From positions 1-27,264 of the forward strand of contig JAWODM010000057.1 of assembly GCA_046483305.1 (NCBI GenBank): DNA of 27,264 bases, given 5' to 3'. Below the pieces are notes generated by a model. It was not told the origin of the DNA, made no database searches, and was given only the letters and a program-made list of their open reading frames with translations. This stretch comes from Candidatus Krumholzibacteriales bacterium (lineage in GTDB: Bacteria; Krumholzibacteriota; Krumholzibacteriia; Krumholzibacteriales; WJIX01). The translations under genes were made by a program, and so were the position numbers. Positions 1-7,425 of the stretch are shown piece by piece; position 1 is the first letter of the stretch; every line of letters starts with the position of its first letter.

Positions 1-1
1 T

Positions 2-169
2 CAGACGCCGATCACGCCCACGGCGGTGCCCGCTACGGAGCCCGCTACCGTGCCGCCGACCGATACCCCAGTGCCCACGGCGACGGGTTCCGGGCAGGCG
101 GCCGGAGCGGCTTCGGAGTTCGGCGAATACGGCAGGGTGATCTATTTCAGTATTAGGTACTATTACTGA
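2..169 (+). CDS. 3' end (5'-truncated) of a protein with a Pro/Thr-rich stretch and an aromatic C-terminus, possibly outer-membrane/secreted
   Basis: Frame +2 is open from the window edge to TGA 167-169 and reads QTPITPTAVPATEPATVPPTDTPVPTATGSGQAAGAASEFGEYGRVIYFSIRYYY*. It is not in the supplied ORF track because it lacks a start. Confidence 0.5.
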   Translation, partial: QTPITPTAVPATEPATVPPTDTPVPTATGSGQAAGAASEFGEYGRVIYFSIRYYY

Positions 170-197
170 CCTGATCCCATCCACCCGGAGAAACCGG

Positions 198-1376
198 TCA
201 ACCGGTGTATTCACCTGCCCATAAGCGGTCCAGGAACTGTTTAAAGGGAATAATTGATATTTTCCCTATCCTTCTTGGCCGCTTTTCCCTGCTCAGGCAT
301 ATGTATCTTTTAAGAGAATTCTCCTCAGCGAGAGCCCGAAGTGACCTGAGGTCTCTCTCTGTGATATTATCGCTTGCCTTTACTTCGAGAGCTGTGTGGC
401 CGCCGATTATAAAGTCTACCTCAAAACCTGTTTTAGACCGCCAGTGACGCAGTTCTTCCCGGCTCAAATAATCACGGTAAGCGACCAGTTCCTGAAATAT
501 GAATGTTTCAAATGCTTCCCCGAATTCCGGGGTGCCCTCAGAAAAATTCCGTCCCTGAAGGGTCCCGGCCACACCGATATCGAAGAAGTAATATTTGGAG
601 GAAGTCAGAGGTTTCCGTTTTTTTGATTTTGTCCATGATGGCAGTTCATGCATCACCAGTGTGTCCTTCAGAATTTCGAAGTATTCATAAACTGTTGTCC
701 TGGCTACCTGGGCATCATTTGCGACATTTGTGAAATTCACTAATTTGCCGTTACATAGCGCGGCAACTTTCAGAAAACGGCTGAAAGCGGGGACATTGCG
801 GGCTGCTCCCTCAGCGACTATCTCCTGCTGAAGGTACAGGCCTACATAGGACTCCAGGTCGGCACGCGGATCATCAGAAAAATATATGCTGGGGAGCAGG
901 CCTCTTTCAGCCACTTTCCCGATATCGAATCTGCTTCCGAGTTCCCGGTAGGTTAGAGGATGAAGGCGCTGAACCCGGGCCCTTCCTCCCAGGAGGTTAA
1001 CTCCACCCCTGCGGAGTTTTCTGGGGCTGGACCCTGTAAGCAGGAAAGCGACTGAGCGTTCTTCGATCAGACGGTGTACCTCGTTGAGAAGCTCCGGAAG
1101 ACGCTGTATTTCGTCAATTACTACTATCCGGTCTTCGGAGGTTAGCTCCTGCCCAATGCGGCCCGGATTCTGGCTTAGCGATAGATAGGAAGCTGAATCC
1201 AGGAGGTCATAGATACGGATATCCGGCATGGTATGACGAATAAGAAATGTTTTCCCGGTTTGCCTGGGGCCGAAAAGGAAATAAGATTTTCTCTTGAGAA
1301 GTTCCGGCAAGTCCAGAATTCTTTTTATATAAGGCACTTCCGTAAGATTATTGTTGTATGACGCATCCATCGTCAT
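198..1376 (-). CDS. AAA_14 family ATPase with C-terminal DUF4143 (PD-(D/E)XK-like) domain
   Basis: Walker A GPRQTGKT, Walker B VVIDEIQ, LLTGSS, LxGR, a wHTH-like segment (VNFTNVANDAQVARTTVYEYFEIL), KYYFFDIG and the C-terminal EVDFI...LEVK. The true start may be GTG at 1337 (VPYIKRIL), because the ATG at 1376 lies inside an upstream repeat. Confidence 0.9.
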   Translation of the reverse strand: MTMDASYNNNLTEVPYIKRILDLPELLKRKSYFLFGPRQTGKTFLIRHTMPDIRIYDLLDSASYLSLSQNPGRIGQELTSEDRIVVIDEIQRLPELLNEVHRLIEERSVAFLLTGSSPRKLRRGGVNLLGGRARVQRLHPLTYRELGSRFDIGKVAERGLLPSIYFSDDPRADLESYVGLYLQQEIVAEGAARNVPAFSRFLKVAALCNGKLVNFTNVANDAQVARTTVYEYFEILKDTLVMHELPSWTKSKKRKPLTSSKYYFFDIGVAGTLQGRNFSEGTPEFGEAFETFIFQELVAYRDYLSREELRHWRSKTGFEVDFIIGGHTALEVKASDNITERDLRSLRALAEENSLKRYICLSREKRPRRIGKISIIPFKQFLDRLWAGEYTG

Positions 1377-1511
1377 TTAGCATGCCATATGACGAAACAG
1401 TTGTCAATTTCTTTTTTGATATTCCACTATTTGAAGCCAGCTCAGGCGGGAATTTGTGCCATATGACGCTTTCGTCGTCATTTGGCATGCCATATGACGA
1501 AACCGCCGTCA
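1357..1511. repeat. Two 50-bp direct repeats (1357-1406, 1462-1511), each built from two TGAC-N9-GTCA boxes around a 26-bp palindrome
   Basis: tatgacgcatccatcgtcatttagcatgccatatgacgaaacagttgtca vs tatgacgctttcgtcgtcatttggcatgccatatgacgaaaccgccgtca: 43/50 identical by manual alignment, with a 105-bp period. Confidence 0.9.
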
Positions 1512-1597
1512 CCAATCTGCATATTTGCTTGATTTCAACCGTCCAGAACCGGCCTCATTCGACTCTCCTCAGTGCCGTACCGGCACCGGCATCAGCT

Positions 1598-2278
1598 TCA
1601 GGGGAGGCCGGGAAGAAGGTAGTTCCATATATAGTACAGCCCGGCGCCGATGAATATCGCTCCGGTGACTTTCCGCATATACCTTTCGATTCCGGAGATT
1701 CTGGTGAACCATTCGGATACCGATTTTATGCCCAGGGCCAGGCCGGCGGCAAAGACGAAAACCGGAAGGGCGGTCCCGATCCCGTATATGAAGGGGAGTA
1801 TGATACCTGATCTGCTGCTGAGGGCCAGCGGGATCAGGGAGCCGAAAAAGAGGGCCGCCGAGATGGGGCAGAACGAGAGGGCGAAGATGAATCCCAGGGC
1901 GAAGGAGCCGCCTGTTCCCGCCCCGGCCAGCCGCCTCTGACGCTCGTCAGAGAGGACCAGCCCGGAGAAGTTCATTTTAAATATATCCAGAAGGAACAGC
2001 CCGGCGATTATAAGAACCGGCCCGAGAATTCTGTTCATGTAATCCTGAAAGAAGTTTGCCACCGCCGGGACCCCTGCCAGGGAGAAGATGATCAAAGCGC
2101 CCAGGATGCTGTAAGCGGCCATCCTGCCGGCGGTATAGGCCAGCCCCGAGCGCATAACCGCTCCCGGATGCTCGATCCTCCTGGCAAGGTATGATACCGC
2201 CGCGATATTGGTGGCCAGGGGGCAGGGGCTTATGGAAGTGAGTATCCCGAACCAGAGGGCGGAGAGGATCGGGATCAT
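1598..2278 (-). CDS. arsG: ArsG-like aromatic aminoarsenical efflux permease (CcdA/DsbD_2-like membrane protein)
   Basis: About 6 hydrophobic segments with the conserved SISPCPLATNIAA and LSFCPISA cysteine motifs. It is the last gene of the ars operon and overlaps the upstream gene by ATGA. Confidence 0.75.
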   Translation of the reverse strand: MIPILSALWFGILTSISPCPLATNIAAVSYLARRIEHPGAVMRSGLAYTAGRMAAYSILGALIIFSLAGVPAVANFFQDYMNRILGPVLIIAGLFLLDIFKMNFSGLVLSDERQRRLAGAGTGGSFALGFIFALSFCPISAALFFGSLIPLALSSRSGIILPFIYGIGTALPVFVFAAGLALGIKSVSEWFTRISGIERYMRKVTGAIFIGAGLYYIWNYLLPGLP

Positions 2279-2715
2279 GACTTTTCCTTTTCTTTTTCAA
2301 GCCCGGCCAGGAACTCTTCGGTCTCCTCCCTGATATAATTGCCGAACTTCTCGCGGTCTCTCAGGTACTGCCAGACCTTGGCAAGATTCTTGTACCTGAC
2401 CTCCTTGCCCTCTTTGGTCAGAGAGAGGATCACCGATTTGGTGTACAGCTTGTAATCATCGATATAATGCCTGTTTTCCTCTCTGTCCGTATTTATCACC
2501 CTGTAAACCAGGTCCCCCGATTCCAGACGCTCTGTGAAGAAGTTCTTTACCGCCTCCTCGGTATATTTTTCTATTTTGATGCAGGACTGGCACCTGCGGT
2601 CTCCGTGAAAGTAGTAAACCGTCACCATGCTGTCGCGCTCCGCTTCTTCCGCGAATGCGCAGGCAGAGCTTAGAATTATTATTAATACCGCAGCTGCTGT
2701 TAACTTCCTTTTCAT
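2275..2715 (-). CDS. arsF: ArsF-like exported thioredoxin-fold protein (nitroaromatic reductase subunit family)
   Basis: N-terminal signal peptide followed by VYYFHGDRRCQSCIKIE (CxxC), and KNLAKVW near the C-terminus. It lies between the arsE-like and arsG-like genes. Confidence 0.75.
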   Translation of the reverse strand: MKRKLTAAAVLIIILSSACAFAEEAERDSMVTVYYFHGDRRCQSCIKIEKYTEEAVKNFFTERLESGDLVYRVINTDREENRHYIDDYKLYTKSVILSLTKEGKEVRYKNLAKVWQYLRDREKFGNYIREETEEFLAGLEKEKEKS

Positions 2716-2975
2716 ACTTTTCCTCCCTGTTGTTCGCTGCCGCGCCCGGTTATCAATTCAGCGATTTCCTCCGCGGAAAGAACCTTTCCGGAGCTTATCA
2801 CCTCTTCGTCAATGACCAGGGCGGGGGTCATCATTACCGCGTACGAGGTGATCTCACCCATATCTTCGACCTTGGTGACATCGCCCCCGGCGCCGGCGAT
2901 CTCAAGCGCCTCCACGCTGTTCTGATAAAGCTTCTTGCATTTGGGACATCCGGTCCCCAGAATTTTTATCTCCAT
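2712..2975 (-). CDS. arsE: MTH895/ArsE family small redox-active disulfide protein (thioredoxin-like), 87 aa
   Basis: MEIKILGTGCPKCKKL...VMMTPALVIDEEVISSGKV. ATG at 2975 has SD GAAGGAG (2984-2990). The longer ORF-track version (to 3482) is only an out-of-frame extension over arsP. Confidence 0.85.
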   Translation of the reverse strand: MEIKILGTGCPKCKKLYQNSVEALEIAGAGGDVTKVEDMGEITSYAVMMTPALVIDEEVISSGKVLSAEEIAELITGRGSEQQGGKV

Positions 2976-2989
2976 CTCTTTCGCTCCTT

Positions 2990-4162
2990 CTATCCGGCCA
3001 GGGAGCCGAATATTATCCCGCTGGCGGTAGCCATCACCACCACCAGAAGTACGTAAACAACTGTCTTTTTTGTTCCTATGACGCCCCTGATTACCAGCAT
3101 GTTGGGCAGGCTCAGCGCCGGGCCAGCCAGAAGAAGGGCCAGCGCAGGCCCCCTGCCCATTCCCGCCCCTATAAGGCCCTGCAGTATGGGGACCTCGGTA
3201 AGGGTGGCGAAGTACATCAGCGCTCCCACAATGGAAGCGAAGAAGTTGGATGCAAGGGAATTTCCTCCCACCGCCCTCTCTATGATGGAAGAGGGTATCA
3301 GGCCCTCCGCGCCGGGCCTTCCCAGCAGGAGCCCCGCCACCACGACTCCGATCAGAAGAAGCGGAAGTATCTGTTTGGCGAACCCCCATGATGCGCCGCT
3401 CCACTCGGAAAGCTCTTCCCTGCTGAACCACCTGGCCAGTATCGCCAGAAGAACGGCCAGAAACCCGAATGCCAGAACCCATTTTATGCTGAATATCAGC
3501 GCCCAGATTCCGCTCTCTCCCGCCGCCGGCCCGGACCAGTTGGCGAATACCAGAAACCCCACCATCACGGCGAAGTAAAGGGCGTTCACCGGAAGAGATC
3601 TTGCTTCCTCTTCCTCCGCCGCCGGGAATTCCGTCACGCTGTGCCTTTCTCTCTCCTCCCTGAGAAATATCAGGTGCATCAGAAGCCCGATCACGATACT
3701 AAAGATTACCGCCCCCGCCGCTCTCGCAACGCCGATCTCCCACCCCAGCACCCGGGCAGTCATGATAATCGCCAGCACGTTGATGGCAGGCCCCGAGTAC
3801 AGGAAAGCGGTCGCCGGGCCCAGCCCCGCCCCCCGCTTGTATATCCCGGAGAAGAGGGGAAGAACCGTGCAGGAGCAGACCGCCAGTATGGTACCGGATA
3901 CCGAGGCCACCCCGTAGGCCAGCGCCTTGTTCGCCTTCGCGCCGAAGTACTTTATCACCGCCCCCTGGCTGACGAATACCGATATCGCCCCGGCGATGAA
4001 GAAGGCCGGCACCAGGCAGAGAAGGACATGCTCCCTGGCGTACCACCGCACCAGCGCGATCGCCTCGTAGACCGGGTTCCTGAACCGGAAAAGAGACAGA
4101 GGCAGGTAGTACAAACCGAGGAATATCGCCACCGCCAGAATAAATTTCTGCCATTCTTTCAT
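2990..4162 (-). CDS. arsP: ArsP family permease (DUF318; organoarsenical efflux)
   Basis: HVLLCLVPAFFIAGAI, AVCSCTVLPLF, FLYSGPAIN, MYFATLTEVP and LLLAGPALSLP motifs, with many TM segments. ATG 4162 has SD GGGAG 7 nt upstream. Confidence 0.88.
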   Translation of the reverse strand: MKEWQKFILAVAIFLGLYYLPLSLFRFRNPVYEAIALVRWYAREHVLLCLVPAFFIAGAISVFVSQGAVIKYFGAKANKALAYGVASVSGTILAVCSCTVLPLFSGIYKRGAGLGPATAFLYSGPAINVLAIIMTARVLGWEIGVARAAGAVIFSIVIGLLMHLIFLREERERHSVTEFPAAEEEEARSLPVNALYFAVMVGFLVFANWSGPAAGESGIWALIFSIKWVLAFGFLAVLLAILARWFSREELSEWSGASWGFAKQILPLLLIGVVVAGLLLGRPGAEGLIPSSIIERAVGGNSLASNFFASIVGALMYFATLTEVPILQGLIGAGMGRGPALALLLAGPALSLPNMLVIRGVIGTKKTVVYVLLVVVMATASGIIFGSLAG

Positions 4163-4177
4163 TAACAATCTCCCAAT

Positions 4178-4200
4178 TAGCCGGATGGCTATATATCAGG
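4178..4200 (-). promoter_or_regulatory. Putative second ArsR operator (TAGC-N6-GCTA) with extended -10-like TGATATATA upstream of arsP
   Basis: tagccggatggcta at 4178-4191 has the same core and the same cctg..atatatagc context as the site upstream of arsR. Confidence 0.55.
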
Positions 4201-4209
4201 TTAAAAAAA

Positions 4210-4575
4210 TTATTTCTCTATCCCGCAGATTGACTCCCTGCGGGATGTTTTCATGTTTTCCAGGTCGCGCCGGGCGGTCTCGTCCCCGGCCAGCATCTCG
4301 TCCAGCTCTTGCAGAAAACGCGCGGCGAAGCTGTTTGCCGGCCTGAGGTAGTAATCAGTCCAGCGGCCATCCTGCCTGCTCTCTATGAACCCTCCCCGGG
4401 CCAGTTTCTTGAGGTGCCTGGAGACGCTCGGCTGGGCGATTTCCAGGACCTCCGCCAGCTCGCAGACGCACATATCCCTGACTGAGAGCATGTTCAGTAT
4501 CCTCAGCCGGTTGAAATCGGCCGCCGCCTTGACCGCCGTTTCCAGTTCATTCATATTCATCGAAATTTTTTCCAT
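4210..4575 (-). CDS. arsR: ArsR/SmtB family metalloregulatory repressor
   Basis: RLRILNML...MCVCELAEVLEIAQPSVSRHLKKL...RQDGRWTDYYL, i.e. a CVC As(III)-sensing-type motif plus HTH. It heads the ars operon. Confidence 0.92.
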   Translation of the reverse strand: MEKISMNMNELETAVKAAADFNRLRILNMLSVRDMCVCELAEVLEIAQPSVSRHLKKLARGGFIESRQDGRWTDYYLRPANSFAARFLQELDEMLAGDETARRDLENMKTSRRESICGIEK

Positions 4576-4590
4576 AATAGTTCTTCTTTC

Positions 4591-4636
4591 ATATAGCCAT
4601 ATTGCTATATATAACAGGCCGGGCTCCCCCTGTCAA
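4591..4636 (-). promoter_or_regulatory. Sigma70-type arsR promoter with overlapping palindromic operator
   Basis: Minus strand TTGACA (4636-4631), 17 bp, then TG-n-TATATA (4613-4608). A near-perfect palindrome atatagccatattgctatat (4591-4610) overlaps the -10 and start site. Confidence 0.75.
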
Positions 4637-4880
4637 ACAGTAATTCTGAGGAGTTTATTTATTTTTCTGCGCTATCTGATGATTTGCTGATTCGTTCAGG
4701 CTGAAGCTGGTTGATATTTTCAAAACCGCTACCGGGTTCCCCGCAGAGGAAACCGCGGCTATTTGCCTCGGGCTCGCTCTTCCTGCCCCCGCGGGCCGGA
4801 AAACCATGCCCGCCCCCCCTGCGGAGGTTTTTGAAAAAATCACTCAGCTGAACAAATTAATCCTGCTAACTCCCTATGAA

Positions 4881-5261
4881 TTAAATCTCCCCGTTGATCA
4901 GGCGCTCAAGCTTTTCCGCGATCAAATCCTTGACCTTGAGGTACTCTGAAAGGTCCTTCCCCCTGGGGTCGGGGATCTCCCACTGGAACATCCTTGCTCC
5001 GGGGATGTATGGGCACTGAACGTCGCAGCCCATGGTTACCACCACATCGGGCGCCGGTATATCGTCGAAGGTCTTGGTGGTTCCCTTCCAGTCTATCCCG
5101 ATCCCCTTGAGCATCTCAACCGCCCCGGGGTCCACCTCGTCGGCGGGGCCGGTGCCGGCGCTGCTGAATTCCAATCCTCTGTCGGCGAATAACCTGTTGG
5201 CCAGGGCCTCCGCTATCTGGCTCCGGCAGCTGTTCTCGATGCATGCGAAAGTGATTCTGAT
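4881..5261 (-). CDS. arsC: Thioredoxin-coupled arsenate reductase (LMW-PTP fold), apparent ATC start, 126 aa
   Basis: IRITFACIENSCRSQIAEALA (CX5R P-loop), SAGT, VVTMGCDVQCPYIP (candidate resolving Cys pair) and WEIPDP. The ORF-track start (5174) cuts off the active site. SD AGGAGG at 5273-5268 precedes ATC at 5261. Confidence 0.8.
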   Translation of the reverse strand: MRITFACIENSCRSQIAEALANRLFADRGLEFSSAGTGPADEVDPGAVEMLKGIGIDWKGTTKTFDDIPAPDVVVTMGCDVQCPYIPGARMFQWEIPDPRGKDLSEYLKVKDLIAEKLERLINGEI

Positions 5262-5435
5262 CTGGAACCTCCTGGTTTCTGGCGGGTATAATATTACATA
5301 GAAGCTTCCTGTGGTCTGTTATAAACCTGTAGTTGAAGCAAAGCTATGGTTATTATTCTACTTTAACGGGAGATATATTACACGCAATTTGTTACCGGCA
5401 CTGCAGTGAAGAAGGGCTCAACCCCTCTTTTCTGC

Positions 5436-5464
5436 TTGAAAAAACGGCCCGAATCTGGTAGAAT
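5436..5464 (+). promoter_or_regulatory. Putative sigma70 promoter of the lipoprotein gene
   Basis: TTGAAA (5436-5441), 17 bp, then TG-n-TAGAAT (5459-5464). SD AGGAGG at 5488-5493. Confidence 0.6.
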
Positions 5465-5501
5465 TACTATGGATTGAAACGGATTCCAGGAGGTATTTCC
5501 A

Positions 5502-6110
5502 ATGTTAATCAAAAAGACCTTGGTAGCGCTTGTTGCCGCCGCATTAGTACTGACTTCATTGCCAGGGTGTATCCTTGATCCGAAAGAGAGCGTCGAAGAG
5601 CCGAAGACCCCTCCGGTTACCTGGCCTGACAGGACGGATAAGGAAGATTGTATAGAGATAGTTGATCTGGTTTACCAGACAAGGGATGTAGAAAAGTATA
5701 AAGAAGACTTACTTAAGCCGGGTATTCTGAATCAGGACCAGGAGGATCCCGGATACATCTGGTATAATCAGGAAGAAATAGTAGGAACTGAAATCGAAGG
5801 TCGTACAGTTCCACCAGCCCACTATTATACTGATGAATGGCAAATAACCGAACGTATTTTTCAAAATGTAGTTTCCCTTGAATTCAATTTTTACCCCGGT
5901 ACATGGGATGAATTTACTGACGAGTTCAGGAATAAACCCTGTGATAACTGTTGGATTACAACGAGAGACTATAATTATAATGTAAAATTCAATGATGGCA
6001 TGAACTATTCTGGTGATTATAAAGTCAGATGGCTGGTAGGACCAGATCCTGAAGATCCTGATAAATTTGTAATCTATCAGATGGAGGATCTGAACAAACA
6101 AGCCAATTGA
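5502..6110 (+). CDS. Hypothetical lipoprotein
   Basis: Signal peptide MLIKKTLVALVAAALVLTSLPG-C with a lipobox-like LPGC, a strong SD, an acidic/aromatic mature domain, and its own promoter and terminator. Confidence 0.8.
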   Translation: MLIKKTLVALVAAALVLTSLPGCILDPKESVEEPKTPPVTWPDRTDKEDCIEIVDLVYQTRDVEKYKEDLLKPGILNQDQEDPGYIWYNQEEIVGTEIEGRTVPPAHYYTDEWQITERIFQNVVSLEFNFYPGTWDEFTDEFRNKPCDNCWITTRDYNYNVKFNDGMNYSGDYKVRWLVGPDPEDPDKFVIYQMEDLNKQAN

Positions 6111-6131
6111 TAATTCATTAATAGATTTACC

Positions 6132-6167
6132 AACGCCCCCTGCCCACCCGGACAGGGGGCGTTTTTT
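6132..6167 (+). terminator. Rho-independent terminator
   Basis: Stem aacgccccctg / cagggggcgtt followed by a T run, just after stop 6110. Confidence 0.85.
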
Positions 6168-6198
6168 ATCCCTTCGCCCCCCGCATTCTTCCCCCTTC

Positions 6199-6228
6199 TT
6201 GACAACGGCGCCGGTATCTGATTATAGT
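6199..6228 (+). promoter_or_regulatory. Putative sigma70 promoter for the deacetylase-pdxJ operon
   Basis: TTGACA (6199-6204), 18 bp, TATAGT (6223-6228). Confidence 0.6.
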
Positions 6229-6275
6229 TAATCCGACAGTTGAATGTACGCGAGGGATTTAAGAGGAGTTGCCGT

Positions 6276-7424
6276 TTGGCCGCAAGGAAGCGAAGGAGCA
6301 GGAAGAAGATAAAGGGGCGGATGAGCCTTCTGGCGGCGGCTCTCTTTATACTGTTTATCATCTTTTTTCAGGCGGCCAGGTTCCTGGGCTCTCCTTCCGG
6401 GAGCGTCTTCCTTCTCGATATGGGGTTCGACAGCAAGTACCCGGAGGTCCGGGACGAGGTCAACCAGCGGGTGATCAGGGCGCTGATGGAAAACGGGGTC
6501 AAGCGGTCCGGCATGGAGATAATTCCGAGGACAGAGGGTGAGGGTTACTTTATAAAGGCGCCCCTTCCGGCCAACCGTTCCCTGACCAGGGTTAATATCG
6601 CCCTGGATCAGGCGGTGGAGGAGATGGGGGCCAGGATAACCGAATGCCGGGAGAAGGAGTCGGGGCAGGTTCTGGATATGATCATAGGCACCGGCAGGCA
6701 TGTTACCCACCACTGCCTGATAAGAAGATCCTCCAGGGTCAGCGAGGCCAACTCCAGGATAGCGATAGTGGTTGATGATTTTGGTTACTCATATAACGGC
6801 GCGGCCAGGGATTTCATAGAGCTGGACGCGGGGATAACCCTCTCGGTAATACCGGGGCTCAAGCACTCCCGCGAGATATGCGAGAAAGCCGCCGGGGCGG
6901 GCAAGTCATACATCTGCCACCTGCCGATGGAGCCGGAGGAGGGGAAGTGCCAGGGAGGTTACTGTGTAACGGTGGCCATGAACGACCGGGAGATTGAGAG
7001 AACCGTCTATGGCGCGCTGGAGGTCATACCCGGAGCGGCCGGGATGAACAACCACATGGGATCGAAGGCGACGTCAGACCGGCGGGTAATGTCGGCGGTT
7101 ATGAGGGCCTGCCGGCAGAGGAACCTGTTCTTCCTGGACAGTCTTACCTCGCCCCATTCGGTGGCGGCGGAGACAGCCGAAAGCATGGGGATGCCGCGCC
7201 TGGTAAACGACCTGTTCCTGGATAACCGGGGGGACGATATAAGGGGGAATATGCTCAAGCTGATCCGGCTCTCCGAGAGAAGGGGCTGGGCTATAGGCAT
7301 AATGCATGTTCACAGCGAGAGCTTTCGTGAGCTGAAATGGCTGGTGGAGGAAGCTGAAAAAAGAGGCATAGAATTAATAACATTGAAAGATCTTATTACG
7401 TTGATAGCTGGTAAGGAGGCATGA
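6276..7424 (+). CDS. Divergent polysaccharide deacetylase family protein (YibQ-like) with N-terminal membrane anchor
   Basis: [38 protein letters not shown] and AIGIMH motifs, after a basic N-terminus and one TM helix. Start placed at TTG 6276 behind SD GAGGAG (ORF track begins at 6240). Confidence 0.88.
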   Translation: MAARKRRSRKKIKGRMSLLAAALFILFIIFFQAARFLGSPSGSVFLLDMGFDSKYPEVRDEVNQRVIRALMENGVKRSGMEIIPRTEGEGYFIKAPLPANRSLTRVNIALDQAVEEMGARITECREKESGQVLDMIIGTGRHVTHHCLIRRSSRVSEANSRIAIVVDDFGYSYNGAARDFIELDAGITLSVIPGLKHSREICEKAAGAGKSYICHLPMEPEEGKCQGGYCVTVAMNDREIERTVYGALEVIPGAAGMNNHMGSKATSDRRVMSAVMRACRQRNLFFLDSLTSPHSVAAETAESMGMPRLVNDLFLDNRGDDIRGNMLKLIRLSERRGWAIGIMHVHSESFRELKWLVEEAEKRGIELITLKDLITLIAGKEA

Positions 7425-7425
7425 C

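Noticed and set aside
1..141. Minus-strand frame ending in TGA at 3-1 (Gly/Val-rich)
   Set aside because: It is bounded by TAG at 144-142, with only a late GTG (25 aa) and no SD. It is better explained as antisense of the Pro/Thr frame.
1357..1511. CRISPR mini-array interpretation of the repeat-unique-repeat layout
   Set aside because: There are only two degenerate 50-bp copies with a 55-bp gap, and no cas genes in the window. Kept as a regulatory-type repeat instead.
1358..1810. 150-aa + strand ORF with duplicated MPYDET peptide
   Set aside because: The peptide duplication simply mirrors the DNA repeat. The ORF runs antisense into arsG and has no SD.
2976..3482. N-terminal extension of the thioredoxin ORF (256-aa version)
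   Set aside because: It overlaps arsP in another frame and has low-complexity Gly/Arg composition. The real start is ATG 2975 with a good SD.
2275..5261. Possible selenocysteine (TGA) recoding in the ars redox proteins
   Set aside because: All CxxC, CSC and CX5R motifs are ordinary Cys codons with no in-frame TGA.
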